DNA from: Nageia nagi
Taxonomy: Eukaryota; Plantae; Pinophyta
Assembly (NCBI GenBank): GCA_050084985.1
Contig: JBITNC010000002.1
Location: 12,276,001-12,340,000 of the forward strand
DNA: 64,000 nucleotides
Direction of reading: 5' to 3'
Shown: positions 28,740-40,209 of the stretch, piece after piece
How the letters are laid out: the number at the start of each line of letters is the position of its first letter
Position numbering within the stretch: the first letter of the stretch is position 1
Position numbers and translations under genes: made by a program
The notes under the pieces: model-generated
Told to the model about the DNA's origin: nothing
Databases searched by the model: none
Seen by the model: the letters and a program-made list of their open reading frames with translations, nothing else

Positions 28740-29140
28740 GAAGATAAATAAAATAACACCTCCCATCGGATAAGTCTTTCCCTCTTTTCAGAATCTAATG
28801 ATTCTATCGCAACAAATTAGACTGTTCATATAGAAGGATGATTAGATAGATATTACATATATTTTACGGCAACCTTAATATATATTTTACTGAACAATCC
28901 ATATAATACTCTACCGTCAACACCGACAAAGCTGTCATTCTTGGCTCTTCCACAGTCAATGGCACCAATGATGAAAACTGTCAGATTTTCAAAGAACCCT
29001 CTTCTAAATACCTCATCACCATGTTTGATAAAACATAAAGTTTGGAAGAATTCTTCCACTTCCAAAGCCACGCAATGGAGGAGGGCATATAGGCAAATTA
29101 ATATATCTAAAAATGATACTTAGCCGTATGATATGTTTAA
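28740..29140. other. Conserved block X (unit B), function unknown
   Basis: Homologous to 51480-52090 (agaatctaatgattcta, caccgacaaa, caatgatgaa, acctcatcacca.gtttgataaa, ttcttcca.ttccaa.gccacgc); retains CpG. Confidence 0.7.
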
Positions 29141-30379
29141 AAATAAAACTTAGCGTTAGTATTGTTTTACAAAAGGCAACAATGAAATTAGATCTCATTT
29201 ATTTAAAATATGAGGTAAAAGTTATGTTTTAAAAATTAATTATGAATTTTGATTTGAGTTTAATTGTACATATTTTTTTGATTAATTGAAATATAATATT
29301 ATAGAAGATAAATAGTATATAAAAATATAGATTGGTAGAATTTTTGAGTTATTATTGTCATTATCAATTTGGAACATAAAAATTGTTGTACATATCATTT
29401 TTTAAGTATTCCTCAATGCAATATTATTTAAAATATTTCAACAAAAAAATAAAATCACTATCTTTTTACAATAATTCATATATTGAGAAATTGATGGCTA
29501 AATCTTTGAATTGTCATTATTTCATTTAAATGTTTAACATGGTAATTGAAAGCATCGAAATAATTGGTGGTATTCTTAGAAGTATATAATGAAAACTTCA
29601 AATCAATCTTATAGCTTATCTAGCATTCTCATTTGTATGCCAAATATTTTCAATACCCATCTCCATAATTCTCATGCTATTGGGTAATAGGATGAACTAT
29701 GATATAGAGTTTTCTCCTATTTTCAAACATATATCAATTTAGTATAATAAATACCTACCTTAGATTATTCTATGTTAATATTTCTATATATCTAATTAGT
29801 TAAATTGATGGCTTTCCAAATAAACTTATTATCCTCTTCCTTCTTTAAAATAATTATTTTTACCTTTTCACATAAATACTTTCTTTTTATTAGATGAATA
29901 ATATTTATGATAAATTTTTTCTTCCAATATTTAATCTCATAATCATCACATTTATTTAAATCTTCTATAAAAAAATATTATTCATATGATAGAATATATT
30001 TTATTTTATTGATATTATTCTAAAATAAATATTTATTACTCCATAAATATCTTTCCAAAAATTAATTATATTTCCCCAACTCCCTAACATACATGAACAA
30101 CATCATACTTATATTAATGAATAATATAAAAGATCATGAAAGAACCATTTTAACTATATTTAATTTTATATTCAAAATTCAAAATTTTAATTTTATCAAT
30201 AGTTATTGGAACTCCTTGAAGCTAAACCGTTTTTTTCCTGGAAAGCCTTTCATAGGAAGTTCGTAGGGATCTCAGTAGTTAACTGAAACAGTTACATAAG
30301 TTTTATCATTTAAAACCAAATGAATATATGAAAGATACATATAATGGAGAACAACCGTTGGGTGCGACTTTGGTACCTT

Positions 30380-30670
30380 TAGGACGTCATGACTGATGCC
30401 AAAAATGTAGAAAATCTGTGGCGAATTACCTGTGCTTAGTCGGTATTAGCTTTGCATTGTCAATGGACGGATTTGAAGTCGTAAATTTAGGCTTTGCAAG
30501 AATATCTGACTCAGACTAGTCAGACTTGTACCACTTGTCGTAATCATTTGCAAGACCTGATTAATCGCATTTGCAAGCCAATTCTACAATACCTTTACCA
30601 ACCCACAAATCAATGAATAAACGTCTCCTCGATAATTATATATACGAGAGGTTTTGGCTTGAAATATCCA
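30380..30670 (+). promoter_or_regulatory. MIR529 promoter (unit B): ACGTCA element, DRE core, TGACTCA motif, TATA box
   Basis: gacgtcatga ~30383; GTCGGT (ACCGAC on -) 30439-30444; TGACTCA 30507-30513; TATATATA 30637-30644; all conserved in unit C. Confidence 0.65.
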
Positions 30671-30747
30671 CCACACCATCACCGGTGCACTCATGGGCTT
30701 CATGCATTGGGTGGGATTTGTTTAACGATACACGAAGTAAAGTAATT

Positions 30748-30866
30748 GGTAGAATCTGAACCAGAAGAGAGAGAGCACCGCCAGTTAACTTCCATTAACG
30801 ATGGAGTGTTGTTGTATCGCATGGGAGCATAGGAGGTGCTCTCTCTCTTCTTGTTTAGCCTCTGGC
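30748..30866 (+). ncRNA. MIR529: miR529-family precursor; mature candidate AGAAGAGAGAGAGCACCGCCA (30763-30783), star 30833-30853
   Basis: agaagagagagagcacc pairs perfectly with ggtgctctctctcttct; G-U wobbles in the lower stem favour the + strand; mature matches the miR529/156 superfamily core. Confidence 0.9.
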
Positions 30867-31479
30867 ATTGGAAGGATCGACCATTAATAGCATTACATAA
30901 TATCAATTTCTATTTTTCCGTATGGTTCAGTTATTCTTATAGATCTCTCATGTTTGTGATAAAATAAGGAATTTCAATGTAGAAGATGTTAACATAATTC
31001 CGTCTTCACATTGGTATTGCAGGTCTGTCATTCTGTGAGAAGCCATTGAGGCTGAACGTTGTTTTTATTCTGATTCATACTCTTAAAAGTGTAACCTATA
31101 ACAAAAACCAATAGAAGAGCAGGATTTGCAACAAAGAATTTCAGTACGACAAGCAAGGATAAGCGATTCCAAATCAAGAATCATGGATGTTGGTGCTGCA
31201 GTTCGCTGATATGAACCTAATCAGCTCTTTAATACATGCCAAAGAGATTAGCATATGTATTTTAATTTTATATTATAATAATTAAATATTAATAACATAA
31301 ATTCTTGTTTCAGATTAGCATATTATTGTTGCTAGTTTGCATTTGTAATTGTGTGATACATTATACATAGTTATGAAGATATTGATCAAAATAACAAATC
31401 AAAACTTGTTTTATCATATAATTTTTTTTTCCTAATAGTGTTCTATTAAGTAGAAGAATTGAATCATATATATGTAAGA

Positions 31480-31991
31480 ATTAATATTACTAACTTAGAT
31501 ATCTTAAAGATATATATCTAAAAATGTCATACATATCAATCTCGATGTGCTTATCTCCTTTTCTTGGAAGAGTGATTTCCAAGATAGGCACATCAAAATT
31601 GATACCTTTTGGTATTTTTAAATATATGTTTTTAAGATATCTAGACTAGTTATTACTATTATACATATAAAAATATATATCTTGTACAAATTATACAATT
31701 AGATATATGTATTTTTGTTCTCTTTCTATTATCAGCCTATTCTTGGATTGTTCGTATTACATACATATCAATCTCGATGTGCTTATCTCCTTTTCTTGGA
31801 AGAGTGATTTCCAAGATAGGCACATCAAAATTGATACCTTTTGGTGTTTTTAAATATATGTTTTTAAGATATCTAGACTAGTTATTACTATTATACATAT
31901 AAAAATATATATCTTGTACAAATTATACAATTAGATATATGTATTTTTGTTCTCTTTCTATTATCAGCCTATTCTTGGATTGTTCGTATTA
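31480..31991. repeat. Fold-back MITE plus recent 232-bp tandem duplication (31528-31759 / 31760-31991)
   Basis: Inverted repeats tagatatcttaaa...tttaagatatcta and gatgtgcttatct...agataggcacatc; the two copies differ by about 1 nt; related fold-back at ~58975-59140. Confidence 0.85.
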
Positions 31992-34652
31992 TTCGTATTT
32001 CTCTTATCCTAATATGTAAAGTATGTCCCATTTTCATTGTTCATATTGGATGGGTAACTATAAGTGTAAAGCAAGAAAATAATCTTACTATTGTTTATTA
32101 GCTTAAAGATGTTAAAATATGCTTGTGATTGATTTTAGTCCAAGTAAATTGCATTTCAAATATGGGATTAAGTTATGATAAATTCATATGTAGATTTTTT
32201 TGAGATTAATTGTGTTGATAAGGGATTTATGTCCATTGGATCTAGTCAATATATTCCTTATCTAATTAATAATATCATGAAATATAGTCAATTTAATTTG
32301 AGAAATATGCCACATAAACCAAATTCCTTTGGATTTATTTTCTTATTACATAAGTAATTAATATATATTCTAATATATGTTGAGACCTTTTATTCCATTG
32401 ATACATACTTCATCAAATGCTAACATTTGATATAATCTTAATTCTTAATAAATTATCACTAATTATGTTCAAGTGATATCTAAAGCTATCAAATTTCTAA
32501 ATCAAGTGGTATCACTTCTTTAATATGATATATTAATAAATAGGATATCAATCCAACAAGGTCTATTATTTTTTGAATGGTAAAATAAGTAATTCTAGTT
32601 GTATAAAAACTACTTAGTTCTATTTGACCTTCCATTCAATGATATTTGATTTACCTCATTTTTCATATTACAATATAAATGTAAAGGATCCCAAAATCCC
32701 TACAAGAATTTTTATTCTCTTTTCATTTTTTTTTGTATTACTTTAACCACTAAATACTACAACATATTTGAATATTCCCAATAGTCAATTTGTTCAAACC
32801 ATAGAAACATTATGATATTATTAAATTCAATATTCTTATCTTGAAATTTCATACATATAGGAGTCAATAACCATTTATTGTTAATTTTAGAATATAAAAT
32901 TCCCTTCACAATTCATAATCAACCTTAAATAATACCACATAGCATATCCAATATTGGAAGGAATTAACTTATATATTTTATATAATCAAATAATGCATTC
33001 AAGTATACACATAGATACTATTTTATCATTTCAAGCTTATTCACCTTAACTCCTAATTTGTTATAACCACACTTTTATGTCATCCACATACAAACATTAG
33101 TACAACATAAACTTATTATAGCTTTAATGGAACACAAAAATATATTTGTATTATCAAATTCAATTTCTAGCATATAATGATTAGCCATATGAAAATATAT
33201 GATGCTAATACCAAATATAAGAGAAAACTTTAACTATGCTCCCTTTGTAATCCAACAATGACGTAAATGTATATTTAGTGACAATTTTTATTCCTTTATT
33301 TTTTTACTATAACTAACATAGTTATTTGCTAAGATAATACTCATATATCAACAAATGGACAAGTCCAGTTATAAAACTCTCATAGTTTTTCATTGAATTC
33401 TATACATAAATTTTTCATGAGGGATAGTGACTATCTCAATGCACATGTACATATGCAAGGTTTTTATACACACTTTTATTGATTCATATTTTTGAAACGA
33501 TATAAATCCATAAACCTTTTCCCAAATCAATTACAAAATAAATATTAACATTAATTTCATTACAACTAAAATATGTATTCATATATGATCTTTCAAGTGT
33601 TGGCCTGGAAAGTATACAACCATATATAAACAAATTTTGGGAAAACTAATTCAACTCAAAATCATACAAATGAAATACCAATAAAAGGTTGAGATTTAAT
33701 TCTATCTAATGATATTAGAATATTAGAAATGCATCTTTAAAATGAAAGATAAAGCTTCCAAAAGAAGTTTTGAGATGCATATAAATAGTTACAAAGTATT
33801 AGTAAATGGCTTTGTTGGTAATACAGGAAGAACTACACAACTCTTCAATATGATAAGGTTATATTTTTTAAAATATATTGTAAATAACTTTCCAATGATA
33901 CCAAGAGAAAAAAAACCATTCTATGAAAATTGTCCAAGTAACTTCTATCATAAATTGATAAGTCCACTTACAGAGCTTATAACTTTTGTGTTGTAGCTTT
34001 GTTTTAATTATTCTTTAAAGTGTTAGAAAGATATTGATGTGGAAAATATACTCTTATACTTTTAGGTCATTATAGTAAGAATAAAATCTTGGTTTTTTTA
34101 CTATACTAAAATATTTTAGTATAGTCAAAATTGTATTTTGCAACTAATATTCTAATATCATCATTAGACAATAACTAAATTTCACTTGGAGATCACTACA
34201 TACTTACTTCGTGAGAATTATAGTTTCTTAGTTTTACCCATGAGAGAAAATATTATTTGAAATATTCACACCAAGCACTCATAGTTTATAAATATACTTG
34301 TAATTCATTTTTTCAAACAATATAGAGGTAAAGTATATCTATAATATGTTTTTACTATTACTTCATCAATTTAGCAAATAATTTATAAGAGAACATAATA
34401 TTTGTATTTACAACACATAAAATACTATATTTCATCAAAATTATATTTTCTAATTGAAAATACCAAGTAAGAACATTTAGAAAATACTTCACTACAAGAA
34501 GCCCCAATACAAATCATTAAGCATTTTATCTAACATATTTAGGCTATCCTCATTTATAATGAGGTTATAACAATTAGGTAAGAAACCTCTACAATTAAAT
34601 CATTTTTATAAATGCATCCCCACAGAGTGTACCAAATACTAAGTCAATATAT

Positions 34653-35027
34653 GGATCAGTGCAAGAAGTTGGATCCACTTTATGGTCAAAACATGGAAGT
34701 ATTTTCCTTGATTTTTAAGTTTCATCACAATTGATCTCAAAATTTGAAGTACTTAGACATGGAATCTTGAAAAATATCACTAGGGTGAAAATGTAGTGCT
34801 TAAAGTCTAGTTTTTAAATGCCTTTTATTCCAATACCGAGATCATAGGAATTAAATTTTTATAGGAATGAATCAAAATCACTTTTAAAAATATATTATTT
34901 CAAGACCATACCATGTATGTGTTCGACAAGAATAATTTGACATAATTAAAGTATTTTTTAAAATCCTTTTGGAAAAATATACCTAAGAAATTGAAGCTTG
35001 TCTTGGATATTTTTATCAAATTTTTCA

Positions 35028-35077
<50 letters not shown>

Positions 35078-35680
35078 GTTTGCATTAGTCATGATTATTA
35101 TTTTAAAAATTGGTCATGGTTGATATGTTTAATTTGACTTAAACTATTCAAATTTTCAATTTTATTTTATATTTTGTAGAGAATTGTTAATATATTATCC
35201 CCATACTTTTTAAATTCCTAAAAAATAAAAAAGTTATTAAAAAAATAAGAAACCTTGATATTTCAAGTATATGGACCAATTTCATTAAAAATAAAATAAA
35301 AAATTCAAAATCTAATCTAATTGTAAAAAATTACATATTGAAAATCTGCACTCTCATATGTAATAGGTTTTAATTTCATGAAAATAACTGACAAAACCTT
35401 TCCTAAGCCTAAATTGGAGTCAAATAGAATTTTAAATTTAAATAATAGGATCTTATTATATAAAAAAATAACATCCATTGTAAAAAGGAATAAAATCCTA
35501 TTATAAATCAGGATCCCACTATGAGTAGGATTCTGTTATAAAATGACATCTCGATACGAGTAGGATCCTATTATAAAATATGATCCTAGTATGAGTAGGA
35601 TCCCATTTTATAATAGGATCTCATTCTTATTATATCTGTTACTAATAAAAACTACTTTAGGAAAAGATTTTGCATCATTT
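34653..35680 (+). mobile_element. Non-autonomous TIR DNA transposon, GGGTCAGTGCAAGAAG family (copy 3, inverted), with internal (TA)n and taggatcctattataa repeats
   Basis: Starts ggatcagtgcaagaagttggatccacttt; reverse-complement homology to 18797-19440; right end approximate. Confidence 0.7.
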
Positions 35681-35899
35681 CCTCCTTTCATTTTTGTATA
35701 ATACAAACAACATTAACATTTTTTGCAGAAAAATTATTATTTTTATCTTGTGCATTCAACTCATTCAATATTATGTTACAATTATTATGAAGGTTAATTA
35801 CAGATTTTTTCAAAAGAAATAATATGTTTAAGCTTTTATTCTATTATAGTTCAATGAAATAATATTTCTCATATGATGCTAATGCTTCACTTTGATCAT

Positions 35900-38800
35900 G
35901 ACTAGGAAAAGGATTGTTGAAAATCCCTAAAATCTAATTAGGTGGTGTGATTGGTGCTCCTTTTAATACTTGATTGTTATTGATAAGATCTTGGATTTCA
36001 AACTTCAATTACATGCATCCATTGGTATTGTATCCACGTTTCGTATGGTACTAAAAAAATTCATTTTCCTTGTACCAAGGTCTTGTTGATGCTCTTGAAT
36101 TTTCCTTGATTGGGGATAATATCAAAAGATTTGCTTGTAACAACTTTGGTAGGATATACAATAAAGACTACTCCAAAATATTGAAATTTATTCTTTACAT
36201 TTAATTGTTGGATTTCTCTTGATCATGCATGGTTGGTTGATGATCCAAATTTTTTTGGTTGACTTAATTTGATGGTTTACTTGATGGTTATTTTTTATAT
36301 GCATGATAGTTGTCATTACACTTTTGATTTTGATCATGATTCTTCTTACATAATTTGATATCACTTGATTGGATCTTGATTTATTCAATGGGATTTGCTT
36401 GTAATAATGCTTCCTAAAAGGATTTGTGTTATTAGATTTGTAAGATGGAGGATATTTTCTTGTTACAACTCTTGCTAAAAATCTTGTTGAGATCTTCTTA
36501 TGGTAAGGTATACAACAAATATGTTACAATATCTCTCCATATTACCACATAATTATTGATAGAATCATCATAATATTGTCATATCCTTGTTAAGTATGTG
36601 ATAGATGATATTTTTCTTATGTTGATGGCAAAATCAAGAAGAGATTGACTAGTTTCTTAAAAGAATAGATGCTATGTTGGGGCAAGTTATTGTACTAATC
36701 CAAATCTTGGCCCACTAAAGTTATTGGAAATATTCTATGTATGAGGAAATCATCATTAATTACAAGATATTAGGAATACTTAAATTTCCTCAAGTGCTCT
36801 CTTGAATCTTCTTTACCTTTGAACTTTTCTATTTGAGGAACCTCAAACTTGTAGGGAAATTGCTTGATTTGAACCATGGGGTTAATAGGTTCATTAATAA
36901 TGGATTGATAAGATAAGTTGTTTTTGATTTGATTGTTGATACTTGATTCCTTATCTTGTAATATATTTAAGATATCATTATGAATTTTTGGGTTCCATAT
37001 TTTGCACTTGATAAGTTAGTTTCTGATACGTTGATTGATAGCCTTGTTGCATGCTTTGTCCCAATGGTTGGTTCCATGTAGGATTGGAGACAAATTGAAT
37101 TTGTGGCACATATGCTTGATTTTATGGATGAGCTATTTGATTGATGTATGCTTGAATTTGATATGATGGTTGATTCACATGATGAAAGTGGGGAGGTTGA
37201 ATCACACTTTGATAATCTTAATTTATGATACCTTGAGAATCCATTTATTGAAAGTTGCCTTGGATTTGGTTGGTGTGCTTGATGGGAAAGATTTATTTGA
37301 CCAACATTAGCAACTTGATTTGATTTTTTTGTAGGAATATTAAGGGAGGAAGATTATGATTATGCCTTTAACCATGTGATGTGAGTTGAAATAGAGTGAT
37401 TAAAGGATTTGATTGCATAACAAGAGATTTTAGTGGAATCAGAGGCATAGCTTGTTAAATATGATGAAAAGATGTTAATCCATGATTAAGGTTGAAGTGT
37501 TGTGCACTTGATACAAAAGGAGGAAGAATTATTGAAAAGGATTTTGTTAGGAATGTTTTTGAGACCACCACTTGTTGTAAAGGTTGAGATGTGATTTGGA
37601 TTGTTGCAACAAGTGGTGATGTGTTGACAAAAGAAGGTTATGGATCATGATATGAAGGATTAAAATGATAAATCATATTTTTTAGATGAGAATATAGAGG
37701 CATACTTTGATTTTAATGATGATGAAGGGTGAATTACTTAAAAAGAAATGCTAATATCTTGAATAATGAGATTATGAAAAAATTGATTCTTGATGTCTTG
37801 AGGGAGGTTTTGAAATAAAGGGTGAGAATTGAAATAAGTTAGGTTTTGAGGCATAGTGGCATGAGTAGAATAACAATGAAAGGGATGAGGGGAGTGATGA
37901 CAAGGATGAGAGGGGGTTGAAATATGATATTGAAGGGTGATTGGTATAGAAGGAAGGGTTGATATGGTGGTTCTTGATCTTGATATTGCTTTTAATCTAG
38001 TTGATTAGACATAGGGGTGGCTATCATGTTCACATAAGGCTCCCTATCAAATTTATAAGGATTAATTAATCTTAAATAGAAATAAAAAAATGGAAAGAAT
38101 AAAATTATTGCTAAATCTAAATTTCCCAAAGGTACTAAACAAGATAAAAAAATAAACATCAAGCCTAAAAGTCTTATTATGCTCATGATTTTGTGAATGC
38201 AAAGTTAATGCATAAACACACTATATAATGAGATAACAATGCTTATATGATTAATATTTAATGATGATTAAGATAGCAATGGTGATTATCTTGATCTAAT
38301 TACTTCTTGTTCAATTTGGCTATTATATTGATTAATGATGATTGATTTAATGGTAAATTAACCTCTTAATTAGTTTGCTTAAGTATTGATCTAGTTGAGT
38401 ATTTTTTGGGTTAAGGTTCACTATTTAGGGTTTTAAGGGATCAACTCAAGTACCCCACCTTGGTAATGACCTCCAAGTGTGGGTGACAATGTGGTGGTAT
38501 AATCCACATGCCTGGCTCAATCCTAGGCTCATGTGATTAAGAATGTAAGGTTAATTAACAAATGATATGCAACTAAATTTATGCAAAACTACAAATTACA
38601 TCCTTCATAAGATATGACCAAGGATGAAAATTTTCACTAATGTAGAAGCAAAGATACAAACCTTATATCAAAACAACAAATAAATATGATCTAAAGTATG
38701 ATAAAAGTGGGATAAAAGTTCAAGGCATCCTGATCCTAGCTCTCGACATTTGCAATACACATTTTACACATTCTAATCCTAAATGGTACATTGTAGATTG

Positions 38801-40161
38801 GTTAGCAGTACCAATCAATGGATAAGTCAAATAGTCATTTATTTGGTCATAATAGTATCCAAATAATTTAAAAATAAAATATAAAAAATACTAAAATAAA
38901 ATATAAAAAATACTAAAAATAAAAAAATATGGTTACAACCCAAGTTCAAGAATGTTGGAAGGGGACTACTGCCACCTAGTTACAGAGCTAGAACTAGTGA
39001 CATAATGATAAAAATTTATCTAAGCCTAGATAAAATACTAAGACCCTAAAATAGATATAAGTGACACCCATATGTTTGATTGATTAAGATATGTTAAACT
39101 CTACAAATTATTTTGCAAGAGATTGGCTAGCGATTGGTTGGGAATAAGGACTTTAAACCTTCAAAAATTGATGCACAACATGCTTAATATCATTCCCTAA
39201 AATAATAAATAGGTTTTAGTGATGGGAAATGATATAAAAAGTGAGATAAAGGGATAAAAATGAATACCCAACAAAAGAGAAAGGTTGAGAGAACTCCTCC
39301 AAGTTAAGCTCAAAGGACCAAGGGAGGTCCCACTATGATCACCATTATGTGGAGCTACAAAAGTGGTGACCCTATCCACACAAAGGGAGGAGGATCAAGG
39401 TTGCACTACCATACTATTACTAGAGTTTATCTTGTGAAAAATATGTATGGGTATGCTCTTGATGTCTATACCTACAAGCAAATAAATGTTAGAGGGAGTA
39501 TCAACAACCTAGTCCCTTAAGATCCTATAGTGTTCTCAAAGAGAGGTTTTAATTCTCCTTGAAGGAATGCAAACCCCCTTACCATAATTAAATGGGTATT
39601 ATAAAGCAATAAAATTCCTACAATGCAAAGTAATATGCTTATATTATGATAAGATAATTATACAATGATAAATTAGACTAAACTTCCATGAATCTCACCT
39701 ATGATTATGCTATATGCCATACAAATACATATAAATACTATATGAAAAGGATATAAGTACTCCAATGTATCCAATATAGTTCCCAATTCTCTCCAATACC
39801 TAAAAGAATGCTCAAAACATGTCAAGGGTAATGCTAGAGGTGGCTATGGCTTGGGATATTATGCAAGGATTCGACTATGTGAGAAGGAAGGCTAGTAATG
39901 GTCATGGAATAGATCAAAATGAGCAATAAAGGGAAAAATAAATTTGAAATTGATATTTATAGATCTAGTGTCAGATCAATAGGCCAATTGACCTAGTTAG
40001 TTTTTTGATTAGTAAGCTAACCGATCAATTGACTAGTGCAACCAGTATATCGATTAGGTCTCAACCTAAAAGAGTTAAAAAGAGGCTATGATGGAGTGAA
40101 TGGGAGAAAGCACTAAGATACAAAATTATTGGGGGTGAAAGATAATTTTGAGGTGCTTACA
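35900..40161 (-). mobile_element. Tat/Ogre-like Ty3/Gypsy remnant (LTR, long 5' region, gag)
   Basis: Minus-strand gag FEVPQIEKFKGKEDSREHLRKFK at ~36780-36850 and degenerate zinc-knuckle region PWYKENEFF*YH...GCM*LKFEIQDLI at ~35980-36080; LTR-like start tgtaagcacctcaaaatt at 40161. Confidence 0.7.
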
Positions 40162-40209
40162 ACTTGAAATGACAACTAACTATGGTCCTCCATCTTTTTT
40201 GTAGGATGA

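Noticed and set aside
28853-29123. Assigning block X to an NB-ARC or MnmA-like protein
   Set aside because: Only vague motif resemblance with wrong spacing, and not consistent between the two copies
30700-30906. Conserved minus-strand ORFs 30700-30906 and 57934-58149, and + ORF 57818-58075
   Set aside because: They overlap the MIR529 hairpins, so the RNA explains their conservation; the minus ORFs lack an ATG start and the + ORF is broken in copy B
32680-34650. Insertion starting tgtaaagg where unit A/B homology ends
   Set aside because: No partner LTR, TSD or coding motif found; left unclassified
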